DNA of 63,662 nucleotides, the filler included, from Octopus bimaculoides (taxonomy: Eukaryota): assembly GCF_001194135.2 (NCBI RefSeq). It is 7 parts of 7 records of this genome, joined end to end, with 100 filler letters (N's around TTAATTAATTAA, not from the genome) between each part and the next. Parts side by side here need not be neighbours in the genome. Positions count along the whole stretch, not along the records: positions 36,938 to 56,398 come from NC_068995.1; 6 more parts are not named here. One strand, 5' to 3'. Position numbers and translations under genes: made by a program. Below the pieces are notes generated by a model. It was not told the origin of the DNA and made no database searches. It worked only from the letters and a program-made list of their open reading frames with translations. The first letter of the stretch is position 1, and each line of letters begins with the position of its first letter. This document shows positions 36,838 to 49,690 of the stretch, piece after piece.

Positions 36838-36937
36838 NNNNNNNNNNNNNNNNNNNNNNNNNNNNNNNNNNNNNNNNNNNNTTAATTAATTAANNNNNNN
36901 NNNNNNNNNNNNNNNNNNNNNNNNNNNNNNNNNNNNN
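36838..36937. other. Synthetic contig-join spacer (44 N + TTAATTAATTAA + 44 N); 12-mers at 9347, 18373, 28642, 36882, 56443 and 62575
   Basis: The same 12-mer, with stops in all six frames, centred in 100-nt N blocks six times. Confidence 0.95.
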
Positions 36938-38106
36938 GACATCTTCCTCTCCACCAGCACCTCAACCACGGGTAGAAAAAAACGTGCCTTTATTGATCCA
37001 AAGGGATGACCACTGGCGCAGTAGTCTCCCTTAGACCGTTTCCCTGCAGACATTCGCTGGCTATATGTCCTGTTTCTCAACAACGGTAGCAAATGACCTC
37101 AGGCTTGGGTAACTTGCAGTCTCGTACCATGTGCAGGCCCTGACACCGGAAACACTGTCCTTTGAACGGTCGCACATGTTCCTTGTTCGACCCCTCTCCA
37201 CCACTCCTTGGTCAGCCACCTTTTGCTGTTGCAGCCAACGGCATCGATCTACAACACAAAACTAACATGCGGGCCCTCGTTATTATATCCGCCATGGGCA
37301 TGGCGTTCACGTCTGGCAGTTTCTGCAATTCGACCGACATGTGGTCAGGAAAACCAGTCACAAATGCCAACTTTACTGTCCGATCTAGCGATTCTCCCTC
37401 GTACCCCGCCAGTTTAGCCAATCTCCTAAGTTCGTTGGCAAACACGTCGACCTGTTCGCCAGTCCACTTCGCTCTCTCNNNNNNNNNNNNNNNNNNNNNN
37501 NNNNNNNNNNNNNNNNNNNNNNNNNNNNNNNNNNNNNNNNNNNNNNNNNNNNNNNNNNNNNNNNNNNNNNNNNNNNNNNNNNNNNNNNNNNNNNNNNNNN
37601 NNNNNNNNNNNNNNNNNNNNNNNNNNNNNNNNNNNNNNNNNNNNNNNNNNNNNNNNNNNNNNNNNNNNNNNNNNNNNNNNNNNNNNNNNNNNNNNNNNNN
37701 NNNNNNNNNNNNNNNNNNNNNNNNNNNNNNNNNNNNNNNNNNNNNNNNNNNNNNNNNNNNNNNCGGTTTAATCATATCGCTCGAAATCTGGACTACACTC
37801 ATAATTTTTTTTTTTATGGGCTGAAATAGCTTGTGATGTGATGGAGGAAAAAGACAAGAAGCAAAAGGACAGAATGAAACGTTGGACCTTACCTTGTAAA
37901 CCGCGGCAGAGTAAACAATCACTCTAGATCAAAACACGTCTTCCTTGTAAGCTGTCTGTCTTCTGACTGCCCCACATGCTGGCCTTCGACCGCGTATGTC
38001 CGACTTCCCGTCTGACCCTTCCAGTCTGGCACTTCCGGTCTGGCTTCACTTCCGTTTGCCTCATCTCTCTCCACCAACAACACACAGTTCATCACAGCCC
38101 ATAACA
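36938..38106 (-). mobile_element. Second Gypsy element (5' LTR, gag, start of protease) inserted into the RT of the element above
   Basis: LTR at about 38106-37812 with terminal inverted motif TGTTATGGGCTG...CAGCCCATAA. gag MSVVQISSDMIKP ... EQVDVFANELRRLAKLAG...KLAFVTGFP; knuckles CFRCQGLHMVRDC and CYRCGETGHIASEC. Truncated by the gap at 36937. Confidence 0.8.
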
Positions 38107-39849
38107 CCACATATACAGTAGAAGCCATCCACTCAGAGTAGTCTTCTTTTTCAATTACCTCCATGTCTTCCAATCTTTTTAATTCTTTCTCGGCTTGATT
38201 TAATGCTGCAAAAGGTACATTCCTTTTCGGTTTGAATACCGGCACCGCATTTTCTTTCAACTCAAACTTTACTTTGATTTTTTTACACGTACTGAGTTCT
38301 TTCGAAAACACATCAGGGTACATCTTTTTCAATTTTAATTTCAATTTTTCCGATGCTTTCTCTGACACAGACTGTGACACATTCACTTTATTACATAGTG
38401 TATTTAGTGGTAGATCCCACAGGTTGAATTCTTCCATTAAATCTGTCCTGAACAGATTCATTGTATTATTAGATACCATTAGTTTACTTTTCCGCGTCAT
38501 GTTTTTAAGTTTTATTTCTGGTGAAATTTCGCCCAAGAGTTGAACTCATTCCCCTGACACACCATGAGCTATCCTAGTAGTTTTTTTATACACCAGCCTG
38601 CCTATCTTACTCCATGTTGCCATATTTATTATCGATATGTCTGAACTGGTATCTAATTGCATTTTTGTCTGAAAACCATTTATTTGTACCAACACAAATT
38701 TTCGATTTTGTATGGTATAATTTACTTTTGTTGAGTAAACTTTCTTTGGTTTTACAATTTTCTTTGACCGGCATTTCATCTGTATATGCCCAATTTTACC
38801 ACACTTAAAACATGTTTTATCTTTAAAGGGGCAATCTTTCCTCAAATGTCGGTCTCCGCAACCATAGCACCATTTTGAATTTATATATTTTCTTCTATCT
38901 GTACTTTATTTACACATTTGTACATTCTTATTATTGTCTTCTATTTTTCTTGTATCGTCTTGAAGGTTTCTTGTTTGTTGGTATTCCTCAACCACTTTCT
39001 GGAAGGTTAGTTTCACATCTTGATTCAGCTTTGATAATATTCTTTTTCTAATTTCTGCGTCTTCTATTGCCACCAGCCCTTTAACGAATATTAGGCACTT
39101 GAACATATCTGGAGTTAATTCTTCCAGCTTAGACCTTTCGCAAGCCTTATTAACCATACCGTTATATGTTACAAAATCGTCAGACTCGTTTTTCTTTAAA
39201 TTTAAACATTCCCACCGAATGTTAAACTGCGAACTTTTCTCGCTAAAAATATTTGTCAAAATATTTATCGTTTCATCAAAACACAATTCTGTGGGCTTTC
39301 TCAGCAAAATAAAGTTACAAAAACTTTCGTGTTCCTGAGAAGCAAGCTTTCGCAAAAGAAGTCTTACCTTCCTTTCATTAGACCATCCTTTGCATTCCTC
39401 TCAGAATATGTCTTCATATCGTCTGTAATATGCAGTAAAAGTAGTTCCTTCATCTGGTTTGTAGTGAAATTCTTTGATGGAATTTGCAACACCGTCCACT
39501 GAAAATGATTCTGTCATATTTCTCGACTGCAGTAACAATTCTGTTAACTTCTGTAGTTGCTGCTGCTCTTGTTGTTTTACAACTGCTTTCAGTAACTCTT
39601 CCATTTCAGTACTATTTGAAACCTTGTCGCCACTGTTATATTGCACGTTTGGATTTGCATGGCTTTGTAATTAATGTACCTCTACTCAACTACCGAACTC
39701 TCACTTCTGACAACTCAACTCAACAGAACTCAACGTCTAGTCTACCGGCGGCTCCGGCTTGCTCTACGCGACACTTCTACAACTAGCTATCACATCCACT
39801 ATTTATATGTATTGGACTAGCCTACTTATCGTCTGGGGGCGTCCACACA
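38107..39849 (-). mobile_element. 5' half of a Gypsy (Mag-like) LTR retrotransposon: LTR, PBS, gag, protease, start of RT; pseudogenised
   Basis: TG...CA LTR at about 39849-39634; PBS TGGCGACAAGG at 39632. gag MEELLKAVVKQQEQ... with in-frame stops; two zinc knuckles (CYGCGDRHLRKDC, CFKCGKIGHIQMKC); protease LDTSSDISI; RT entry PVFKPKRNVPFAAL...YSEW. Ends abruptly at 38107. Confidence 0.9.
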
Positions 39850-40508
39850 ATAGTTATGTAATTTTAGTGAATTGGAAACCTCCATTGCTGATATACCATA
39901 GTTGCAGTTATCTGTTTCCATGGGAACATCTTTAACATTATTGCTGTTATCCAGAGGTCAATGACAAGAAAATCAAAACATTATGAAAGCTTGAATTTTC
40001 TTTTTTAAATCAAAAGAATTTAGTGAAATATAACTAAAATGTTATGCAACCTCAAACAGTGCCTTGATTAAACAGGAAGAAAACATAAATGAAATTCTAC
40101 TATGCAGTGTGAGTTTTTGAATTGGTTACACATTTGTACCAGCAGCACCACATGAACTCACAGAGATACAAGTTTATTGAAGATTGGAGTGGCTGTGTGG
40201 TAAGTAGTTTGCTTACCAACCACTTGGTTCTGGGTTCAGTCCCACTGCGTGGCACCTTGAACAAGTGTCTTCTACTATAGCCTTGGGTCAACCAAAGCCT
40301 TGTGAGTGGATTTGGTAGACAGAAACTGTGGGGTTGATTTGTTCGACTAAGGGCAGTGCTCCAGCATGGCCACATTCAAATGACTGAAACAAGTAATTGG
40401 CCCAAATGCATTCCATTTGTTGAATGTGGATGCCATCTTGTAAGTTTGCCATTCTGTGCAGAAAATAGTAGCCACGTATCTCTGGAAAATGGTAATCTAA
40501 TATCTCTG

Positions 40509-40560
40509 CCAGGAATTACAATATACAGTGACCACAGTCACTGTATATTGTTGTTCCTGG
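40509..40560. repeat. 52-nt near-perfect hairpin
   Basis: CCAGGAA-tt-ACAATATACAGTGAC-caca-GTCACTGTATATTGT-tg-TTCCTGG. Confidence 0.9.
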
Positions 40561-41551
40561 AATAATTGATTGTTGAATGCACCCTTCTAATGTGTCACAC
40601 TCCTAAGAAGGTACAACATAAAGAAATATTTCTTATGTAAACCCATTGTTCAAATAACATTTTACCTTTGTTATATTTTTGCCTCAAAAACAGTTTCATC
40701 AATTTCAACAATTCTATGGGGGACCACTTTCCTTAAGGGATTGTGGAGTAGATCTACAGTTGTCTAAATGATTTTTGTAATCAAGTGTCATAAGGCTGCT
40801 GATTCATAACTCTTTCACACAAAAATAGACTGTAGTCAGAGTCTTCACTCGGGAATACAAAAACAGAATTACAATTCTAAGAGGAATTATGGATAGCGTT
40901 AATGCTGATCCATTGGAATCAGACAATATGACTTCCAGTATGTCAGTGGTGGAGAATTTTGATTATTTAAAATTGCATAGATTTAAAGATGTGCTACATT
41001 TTTTATTATTAATTTCGTCAGAGAAAGAATGTGATTTTTGTTGTCATCATACAAAGCTACATCAGTGTTGAAAATTTGTAAAACTTCTGTGAGTAGAAAA
41101 AATTTAATTTAAAATTTAATTTTAAAAATTTCTATCTAAATTCTCCTTCTCACTTTCAGTTCAGGAAAACATAATTTTAAGAGTTTGAAAACTAAAAAAT
41201 AAAATCTACAGTACTTGAAAATAAAATGAAAATTTTTGCATAACAGGTTGTGCACCAGCATGACCTCAGCCCTGGGCTGAAACCAGTAAAAGGTAAAAGA
41301 TAAAAAAAAACACTGGCTTCTAAATGTTTTATTTTGATGCATTGTCTCAAAATGTCAGTATTAATGAATCCACCTCGATCTAAGTATCTGGTATGAGGTA
41401 TTTTGTAAAGAGTAGTGGTTCCAGTTAGTAATGAACATGGTTTCCTAAAAACTTGACACTATTTTATACACACAAATATATGTTGGTTATTCCTTCTTCG
41501 TTTGACACAAATTTTATATTTTCAAATGTTCTAGTTTCTTCACTATTACAG

Positions 41552-41699
41552 GTTATACAAGTCTTGTGGTATTGGCCGGCCATTTGGTTCAAAATGCTTG
41601 ACTGGTGACAGAATTGGCTGCGGTATAAAATTTGACCAAACTGATGTGAGTGGTGTACGCCCTCTTGTGAAAGTTTTCTTCACCAGAAATGGAGATGAG
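41552..41699 (+). CDS. SPRYD3: Internal exon encoding part of a SPRY domain (SPRYD3-like)
   Basis: tttcttcactattacag|G ... GAG|gtaaac; 148 nt reading LYKSCGIGRPFGSKCLTGDRIGCGIKFDQTDVSGVRPLVKVFFTRNGDE. Matches the SPRY signature GDRIGCGI...FFTxNG and human SPRYD3 LYNGRAKGRQFGSKCNSGDRIGCGI...IFFTKNGK. Partner exons not found, so the symbol is tentative. Confidence 0.75.
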
Positions 41700-43239
41700 G
41701 TAAACTTTTGGATGTTGTAAAACAACTGAGTATAAAAATTGTCTTAGTGCAAATGCTTTGACTGTACTAGCATTGATATACCATGTGGATGGACAGTACA
41801 TGTGTAATGAATTCTTATAGTGATAAAAATTTGCTACAGTTAATTAGCTATATTTGGGATGAAGTTTAGCTCTATGTAAGTTAAATGTTGTAGGATAGAA
41901 ATGCTTGGAAAAAGACTAACAAGAAGACTCATCACATTGTTGTAGTTGTTGTATTAATGTTTTATTGTAGTAGTGTTGCATGTGTTTCCATGACAGTATC
42001 ATGTGGCCCAACTTGATGGTCATGTGATGAAGACTATTTAACATAGCTGCTCTTTATATATCTAGAACATTTCCCCTCATATATCTTGCATGCAACTTCA
42101 GTTTCACATAGTTATTCAGTTGATTTAGGCCAGTGGAAGTAAAGGGCCTGTATGTGACTACTTCAATAAAAACTTTGCTGTGGAATCACATTAATGGATT
42201 TCTGTCAGGAGCTACAGTCTATTTGGTCATAATAACTTCTAATTAAAATAACATAACAGATTTAGAGAATTAATACTGTCTGATCTTGAGTTGATTGTAG
42301 CCTGATTAAGATTAAGACAAAGAAGCTTAAGGACTCTGCTGTGGTACAAAAATAATTATTCTCTTCATCTCTAAAGGAGAGGTTGAAAATATTGAAAGAG
42401 TTTCTGTGATAAGTGTACCCTAAATTGTTGGATTTGATGCACTTCACAGACAGAGAAACAATTATGTCCTCAATGAAACCAAAGAAGTTGGTTAAAGTAA
42501 ATGTTATCAGAACCAGTACATCAATATTAGTTCGTCTGGCTTTACATTCTGAGTTCAAATTGCGCCGAAGTTGACTTTGCCTTAAATTAAATACCAGTGG
42601 TGCACTGGGGTCGATCTAATCGACTGACCCCCTCCCCAAAAGTTTCAGGCCTTGTGCCTAGAGTAGAAAAGATTATGAAAGATTGAGAGAAGCTGCATAT
42701 TTTTATGAATTTGATAACTTGAAGTTAGAAGGATTATCTGCTGAAAGGTGGCCTAATACAAATGCAAATAATTGATGACTTATCAAATCTACAAATCACT
42801 CCAAAATATTAAAACACATGCAGTTTCAGGAAAAGATGCTGCCATGTTGTTAGCCATATTCAGCAGTTTAAAAGGATTAATAATTTTACTTTGGCTCCTA
42901 CAAATGCTAATAATAATATACTAAAAGAATTATCACAGAACATAGGTTGAAAGAGTGATATAGATTTTGAAAATGGAAGTTAGAGCTTTTTCTAGAATAG
43001 TTGGTTCCTTTGGTGCCTATTTATCAAGATTCTATTCACTTATTGCTTAACTTCCCATGCCAGAAGAAAGGGAAGCCCTTCAGCAATAATGGGATGTCAG
43101 AGATCACCTTTAACAATTTCTTTTGACATTAATGTTCCTTTGTGGTATGCTTGTAAGCTTAATACATGTAAAAACTTGACATCTAATACAGAAGGACAGA
43201 AATATATCATTGGTGGTGAAGAATGACAGAACATTATTA

Positions 43240-44472
43240 TCAGGTCATCCTATAAGTTCTGTCCGATTTTACCTTTTTTAAAATTGGATGAAATTTAATA
43301 GTATTTTAGAATGTCTAATGGAATTAAAAATTATTTTTATGCATTTGTGTACATTTAAACTAATTAAATATTATTTTACAGAATAATAGAATAAAAATTT
43401 CTTTGATTAAAACCTTTTATAACATGGAAGTATCCAAAGAGCATTTGAGGCACATAATGCTTCATGAGTACAAAAAAAGGTAACTCTGCAGCCGAAGCGA
43501 CTTGAAACATACACTCAGTTTATGGGAAAGAATGCTTGAATGAAAGAACTTGCAGAAGATGGTTTGCAAAATTCAGCCTTCAAGATGAAGATCGAACAGG
43601 ATGCCCAGTTGAGTTTGATGATAGGCTCCTTGAGGCATTACTTGAAGAAACTCCTGCATTATCATTTGAAGAATTGGCAATAAAGCTTAGTTCAAACCAT
43701 ACAGTTGTTCATCATCATCTTCAACAACCTGGAAAGGTTCCTAAACTTGGAAAATGGGTGCCTCATGAATTATCCGAAAGCAACTGCAAATCCCGAGTTG
43801 ACATCTGCCCTTCTCTCCATTCTTGCGAACTCATTTCACCCTTTTTGGATAGACTTGTGATTGGTGATGAAAAATGGATCTTCTATCGAAATGTTAAACA
43901 TTATTAACAGTGGCTTGGTAAAAGGGGAAAAGCTCAACCACAACCAAGAAGGGAACTTCATGGGAAAAATGGATTGCAAAGGAGTAATTCACTTTGAATT
44001 GTTACCACCTAATGCAACAATCAATGCTCAAGTTTACTGTCAGCAATTAGAGCATTTGAACCAAGCTTTGAAGAAAAAAAGGCCCACTTTAGTGAATCGA
44101 AAAGGAGTGATGTTTCATCAGGACAGTGCGCGACCCCACACTTTAAAGATCACATCACAGAAGATCGAAGAGCTTGGTTGGGAAAAAAATTCCTCATCCA
44201 CCTTATTTTCCCGACCTTGCTCTTTCAGACTACCATTTGTTTCATAGTTTACAGAATCATTTCGCAAGTCAGGAGAAGGTCGAAACTGACAGTTCTTCAC
44301 TTTGAAACCAAAAGAGTTTTACATTGATGGGACTAAAAAGCTTGTAAATAGATGGAAGGAAGTCATAGATAATCAGGGAAAGTACATTGATGATTAAATT
44401 TCAATTAAATATAACATTTGATCACTTGTTTTCTTTATTCAAAATTCAGACAGAACTTATGGGATGACCTGA
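43240..44472 (+). mobile_element. Full-length, inactive mariner (DD34D) transposon
   Basis: About 31-bp TIRs (TCAGGTCATCCTATAAGTTCTGTCCGATTTT / AAAATTCAGACAGAACTTATGGGATGACCTGA) with TA on both flanks. Transposase 43424-44397 carries WVPHEL, GDEKW, HQDSARPH and PYFPDLALSDYHLF, with frameshifts and stops. Confidence 0.95.
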
Positions 44473-44859
44473 TAGTATACAATGATCAAATAAGAAAGTG
44501 CTCTGATGAAGAAAATGAAAGGATAAATTTTTAAATAAAACCAGAAGCAAGACCAAGTCCAGGTGATCAGAAGACCAGCTTGCAAACAGCCAATGGTTGA
44601 TGACATCTTGTCATCAGTTGAAGCTAATGTTAATACCAGTGTCATGGTTCTTATTGATATTAGACAAAGTAATAGAATAAACAAGGAAATTCTTCCTACA
44701 CAGTGTCATACATTGTTTATTATAGTGGTATTGCATGTTATTTCACTCAATGTGATAGTTACGTGATGAAGACTATTTGACATGGCTGTCCTTTCTATGT
44801 TAAAATGTTTTACTTTTGTGTTGTGTCTTATGTGCCACTGCAGTTTTACTTGGTTACTC

Positions 44860-45715
44860 AATTGATTATGACCAGTGTGCAAACAGACATGGTACAAGGC
44901 AGTGAAACAGAGGTTGTGACTGCTGAGGACTTGCATAGTTTTGAAAGAAATGAAGCTAGTATGCTTCACTGGATGTGCAGTGTCAGTGTGCATGCACAAC
45001 AGAGTGTAAAACATCTTGAGAGAAAAGTTGAGAATAAGAGGCATAAGATGTGGTGTGCAATAGAAACGACTGCATTGGTAAGGTTATGTGATGTGTATGG
45101 ATGTGGATAGCTGTGTGCAGTGCCGATCTCTACCAGTGGAAGGAAGCTGTGGAAGAGGGGACCCAGGAAGACATGAGATGAGGTGGTGAAGCATGATCTT
45201 TGAATGCTGGGCCTCACGGTGGCAATGACTAGTGACCTAGACATTTGTCATTATGCCGTGCTTGCAAAGGCCCAGCAAACCAAGTGAAATCATAGTTGTG
45301 GCTGTTGTCAATGTCACGTAACTGGCACTAATGCTGGTGGTACATAAAAAGCACCTTTCAAGTGTTGGGTTTCACAGAGGCAATGTGGCTGATGCTGGTG
45401 GCACGTAAAAAGCACCTTTCAAGCACTGGGCCTCACAGAGGCAATAACAAATGACTGAGACTTTTGGCAATATACTGTGCTTGAGAAGGATGATCCATCA
45501 AGCTGAGTGAAATTGTAGTCATAGTAGATACTGATGTCACACAACTGGTACCCATGCTGGTGGAATGTAAAAGTACCTATTACTCTCTCATTGGTTGGCG
45601 TCTAGCTGTAGAAACCATGCCAAATCAAACTGGAATCCAGTGCAGCCTCTCAAACCATCTAACTCATACCAGCATGGACAACGGATGTTAAATGATAATG
45701 ATGATGATAATTTAC
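44860..45715 (+). mobile_element. Degraded RTE LINE 3' end (different subfamily) with internal tandem duplication
   Basis: VQTDMVQGSETEVVTAEDLHSFERNEASMLHWMC; repeated gctggtggcacgtaaaaagcacc; gttaaatgataatgatgatga tail. Confidence 0.8.
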
Positions 45716-46019
45716 TGTGGGATTATGCTGGACTTTGACAAAGTGTCCTGTCCAGGATAATTGTTACAATTATTTGGTAATAATTTCTTCTAATTCAAGA
45801 TATAACAGTTGCTGCAGCTGCTGCTGTTTTTCATTGTCGCTATTCTGCTATTACATATTATCGATATTGGAACCAATTTAATTATGCCTCCTATTGGACC
45901 AAGTTCATAGTCTAAGATGAGGAGCATTTTTATGTTTGTTCTCCTATAAAAAATCTCCTATGTTGTTTATTCTTATTTTAAAAAATGCAAAATATATGTT
46001 GGAGAAATGTAGGTGAAAT

Positions 46020-46930
46020 GTATGCCTAGGTTTGTCCAACAAGAAACTAATTTGCACACAGTCCTATACAAAACCATAGGAGCAAGAGGCAAAACAATAG
46101 AGCAGGTGACATACCAGCAGACAGAGAAATGTCTTTGACAAATTTGGAAACCCAAAATATATATAGCCAGGGGAAAGAAATATGGAACTGTAGAAGTGAG
46201 GTTTGCCATGGTGGATGAGGCCAAAAAGCACTTAACAACCACCCTAATGAGTGATGAATTGATCCTCATCCCCATTTTCCTTGACTGAAAAGTCTTTAAA
46301 ATAAAAATAAATGTGCCCTCAGAAATCAACATTTGTGCATTGGTGGAAGCAGTTTTCTTCGATATAGAAGAGAAAACCAGTATTCTGCAGATACAGAGAT
46401 TGCAAAAACAACCAGTTGGGTCAGGAATGAAGTTCTTAATTCAGGTGGATCAGCAAATTGTTGAAGCAATCCTAGGCTTAATAGCCCTATTAGATAGCAC
46501 AAGGTTTCCAGTCCATGCTGTCCAATAATGTGGGACACCGGATGGAGAGACCTGTTAAATTGCTCTGGGACTGGTTTGACCTGGACCTCCAGGTGGAGAA
46601 GAACTGGGACAAGATGACTAGCAGGGTGGTTAATCTCACCTAGAAATGGGCTGAGAGAAAGTTATTTCAGGAAAGTTGGGCAGAGGTGGTGAATGCATAT
46701 ATCGCCTCCATTATGTATTGCCACCTGACCAAACTGGAGCACCCACTCTTCTGTTTTTTTCTAAAAAGGACACATTCCACTGGTCAGGCATGCTATTGTT
46801 GTCAACACTTGCTGAATGGAGGATTGGGCATGCTATGACTGCTGATGTGCAGACATGCACTGAGGCTAGGTCTCCTGTGCTTCCTTGACAGTGAGCAGGT
46901 GTGTATTTGACAGAGCTGTGGTCCTGGACC
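46020..46930 (+). mobile_element. Degraded Tx1/L1-group LINE (ORF1-like part and post-RT ORF2 fragment)
   Basis: WFDLDLQVEKNWDKMTSRVVNLT.KWAERKL...AEVVNAYIASIMY...GHIPLVRH...GGLGM. Confidence 0.65.
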
Positions 46931-48973
46931 AAATCTCATATCAATTACTCCAGTAAATTTTTGTCTTGATTGTAGTAGTGTTTATTTGTATTTCATTTGC
47001 AGTGTACAACTTATGGTTACTTGTGTACAAAAGATGTTTGTTCTCTCATAGCATTTGTTTATAAGTCCTGTCTGGTTTAATGTTTATTAATGTTAATTCC
47101 AAGCAGAAAAGGAATAGAGAAAGGGTATCCACTTAGAATATTCTTTTTTTTTTTAATAGACATAAGATTAGTTTTGATAATTCCTTTCTTTGCTTATATT
47201 TGCACTATTCATTCATGTGTTCAATGCACCTGCTTATTATTGGTAATATTAGTTCTAACTTACACATGGCCAATGTTTCCAAGACACTGTCAGATACTTT
47301 CTGGTAGTCAATCTATAGCATGCTTAGAAGACCCTTCTTCTCTTTGGAGTTTTGTTTGTTAGTAATTGATCTTTATAGTCTCTGCAGCATCCCTTGTTCC
47401 TCTAGAAATAAGTAGTTTTTTTCTAAACATTATCCTTCATGATGTTATTACAATTAAGTCTTTGTAAGCTGTAAGGAAGCAGACTGTGGTTTCTAGAGTT
47501 TATTGTTTTGTTAATGAGTTTTTTGTTTTGTTTGTTTTTGTTCTTTTTTGGATACTGTTATGTGTTAATTATTTTAACCAGAAGTTTTGCTATTTTATCA
47601 ATTCTTAGTGCCTTTCAGTTATGTATTTTTTTGTAGTATTTGAGCTTCTTGCACAATTGTATAGTTATAGTGTTTGTTGTTTTGAACAATCCTCTCTGTA
47701 GTGATTCCTTTGCTATTATATTCATCTTGCTGTTGCATTAATTTCTATTTTATCTTTACCTAATTACTGATGAAATCATTTTGGGTCAGTCAAAATGTTT
47801 GCCTTGTACAAAAGCTTGTCACTTTTCATAAAGTTTGCTTTACGACCATATGGTTCAGGTCTGAACCCTGAACCATATGCTTTAGCAAACTTCTTAACCA
47901 CAGCCATACTTGCAACTGTTTGTAGATATAAGAATCCTTTTGTATTTTATATCAGATATAATAAAACCACAGCCATCACTCAAAAGTGACATGGAAGGAT
48001 GTACCATGCTTTTTACTAATTATTTTAGGTGTCTATTGTGTTGTGATAAGTTGTGATAAGACCTATTTAGTTGTGATAAGACCTTATTGGCCTTCACAAC
48101 ATTAACCCAGTAGAGCATTAGGTATTTCACAGCTGAAGCAAGTAGTAATAATTTTCAGTTGAGTACACTTGAGCAAGGAAGATACAACTTATCACTTAGT
48201 CCAGGAATTAGTGAACCCAACACTTTAACTACTAGCCCACAATGAAATACAAAGTATTGGATGTACCAGCAACTAAATAGTATACAATTATATTAATAAA
48301 AGCAAACTTCTGTCTGGCTATCTGGGACCCTTGTATCTTAGTCTACATTTGTTCTATGTAGACATACCTTTTTGGAATGAGGATGATCCCAGGATTGAAA
48401 ATCTACCCTTTATTTGGTTCTGGAACATCTAGCATTAAGATCTGATTTAAAAGCATTTGGATTGCTATTCTAGCAGGTAAAGTGGCTGCAAGAGGTTTCA
48501 GTGTCATAGTATTACTGAGATAGGTGAACAAGAGTTACCTCCCTTAGCTAAAACTTTTACTAAGGGATTTAGTGGTTCTTTTATCTTTTTCAGTAATCAG
48601 ACTGTGACCACGCTGGGGTACTGCTTTGAAGAATTTTAATTAAACAAATCAACACTAATTCTTTCTTTTTTATACCTGGTACTTTTTTTNNNNNNNNNNN
48701 NNNNNNNNNNNNNNNNNNNNNNNNNNNNNNNNNNNNNNNNNNNNNNNNNNNNNNNNNNNNNNNNNNNNNNNNNNNNNNNNNNNNNNNNNNNNNNNNNNNN
48801 NNNNNNNNNNNNNNNNNNNNNNNNNNNNNNNNNNNNNNNNNNNNNNNNNNNNNNNNNNNNNNNNNNNNNNNNNNNNNNNNNNNNNNNNNNNNNNNNNNNN
48901 NNNNNNNNNNNNNNNNNNNNNNNNNNNNNNNNNNNNNNNNNNNNNNNNNNNNNNNNNNNNNNNNNNNNNNNNN

Positions 48974-49690
48974 GTACTGGCAACGATCTTGCTCGAATGT
49001 CTTTTCACGTGCCACTGGCACAAGTGCCAGCAAGGTGACATTGGTAATGATCACGCTCAAATGGTGCTATTTACATGCCACCGGCATGGAAGCCAGACAG
49101 CTCGTGCTCTGGCGACGATCACGCTCGGACGGTGCTCTTAGTGCTCCACTGGTACAGGTGCCATCACAATTTTGCTTTTGCTTGCCCCAAATGGTCTTCG
49201 CAAGCCGAGTTTAGTGTTCAATGAAAGAGACGTTGGCATGGGTGCCAGTCTACAAATTTAGTTCAATTTTGATTTCACTTGCCTCAACAGGTCTTCGCAA
49301 GCGAAGTTTAGTGTTCAATGAAGGAATGTTACATGTAAGTGGGCTGGCTACATCCCTGGCAGAGGCCTTGGATTTTGATCTCACTTGGCTTACTGGGTCT
49401 TCTCACGCACAGCATATTTCCAAAGGTCTCGGTCACAAGTCATTGCCTCGGTGAGGCCTAATGTTCGGAGGTCATGCTTCACCACCTCATCCTAGGTCTT
49501 TCTGGGCCTGCCTCTTCCACGGGTTCCCTCAACCGCTAGGGTGTGGCACTTTTTCGCGCAGCTATTCTCATCCATTCTCCCCACATGTCCATACCAGCAC
49601 AATCGTCTCTCTTGCACCCCACAACTGATGCTTCTTAGGTTCAACTTTTCTCTCAAGATACTTACAGTCCGTCAGGTATGCACAAAAAGA
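48974..49690 (-). mobile_element. RTE LINE 3' fragment, same family as 22124-22860
   Basis: Close similarity by eye to 22200-22860 in both the ORF end and the UTR array. A separate plus-strand (GAT)n tail follows at 50166-50210. Confidence 0.85.

Noticed and set aside
40889-41071. 60-aa ORF as a possible upstream SPRYD3 exon
   Set aside because: No SPRY motifs and no compatible phase-2 donor.
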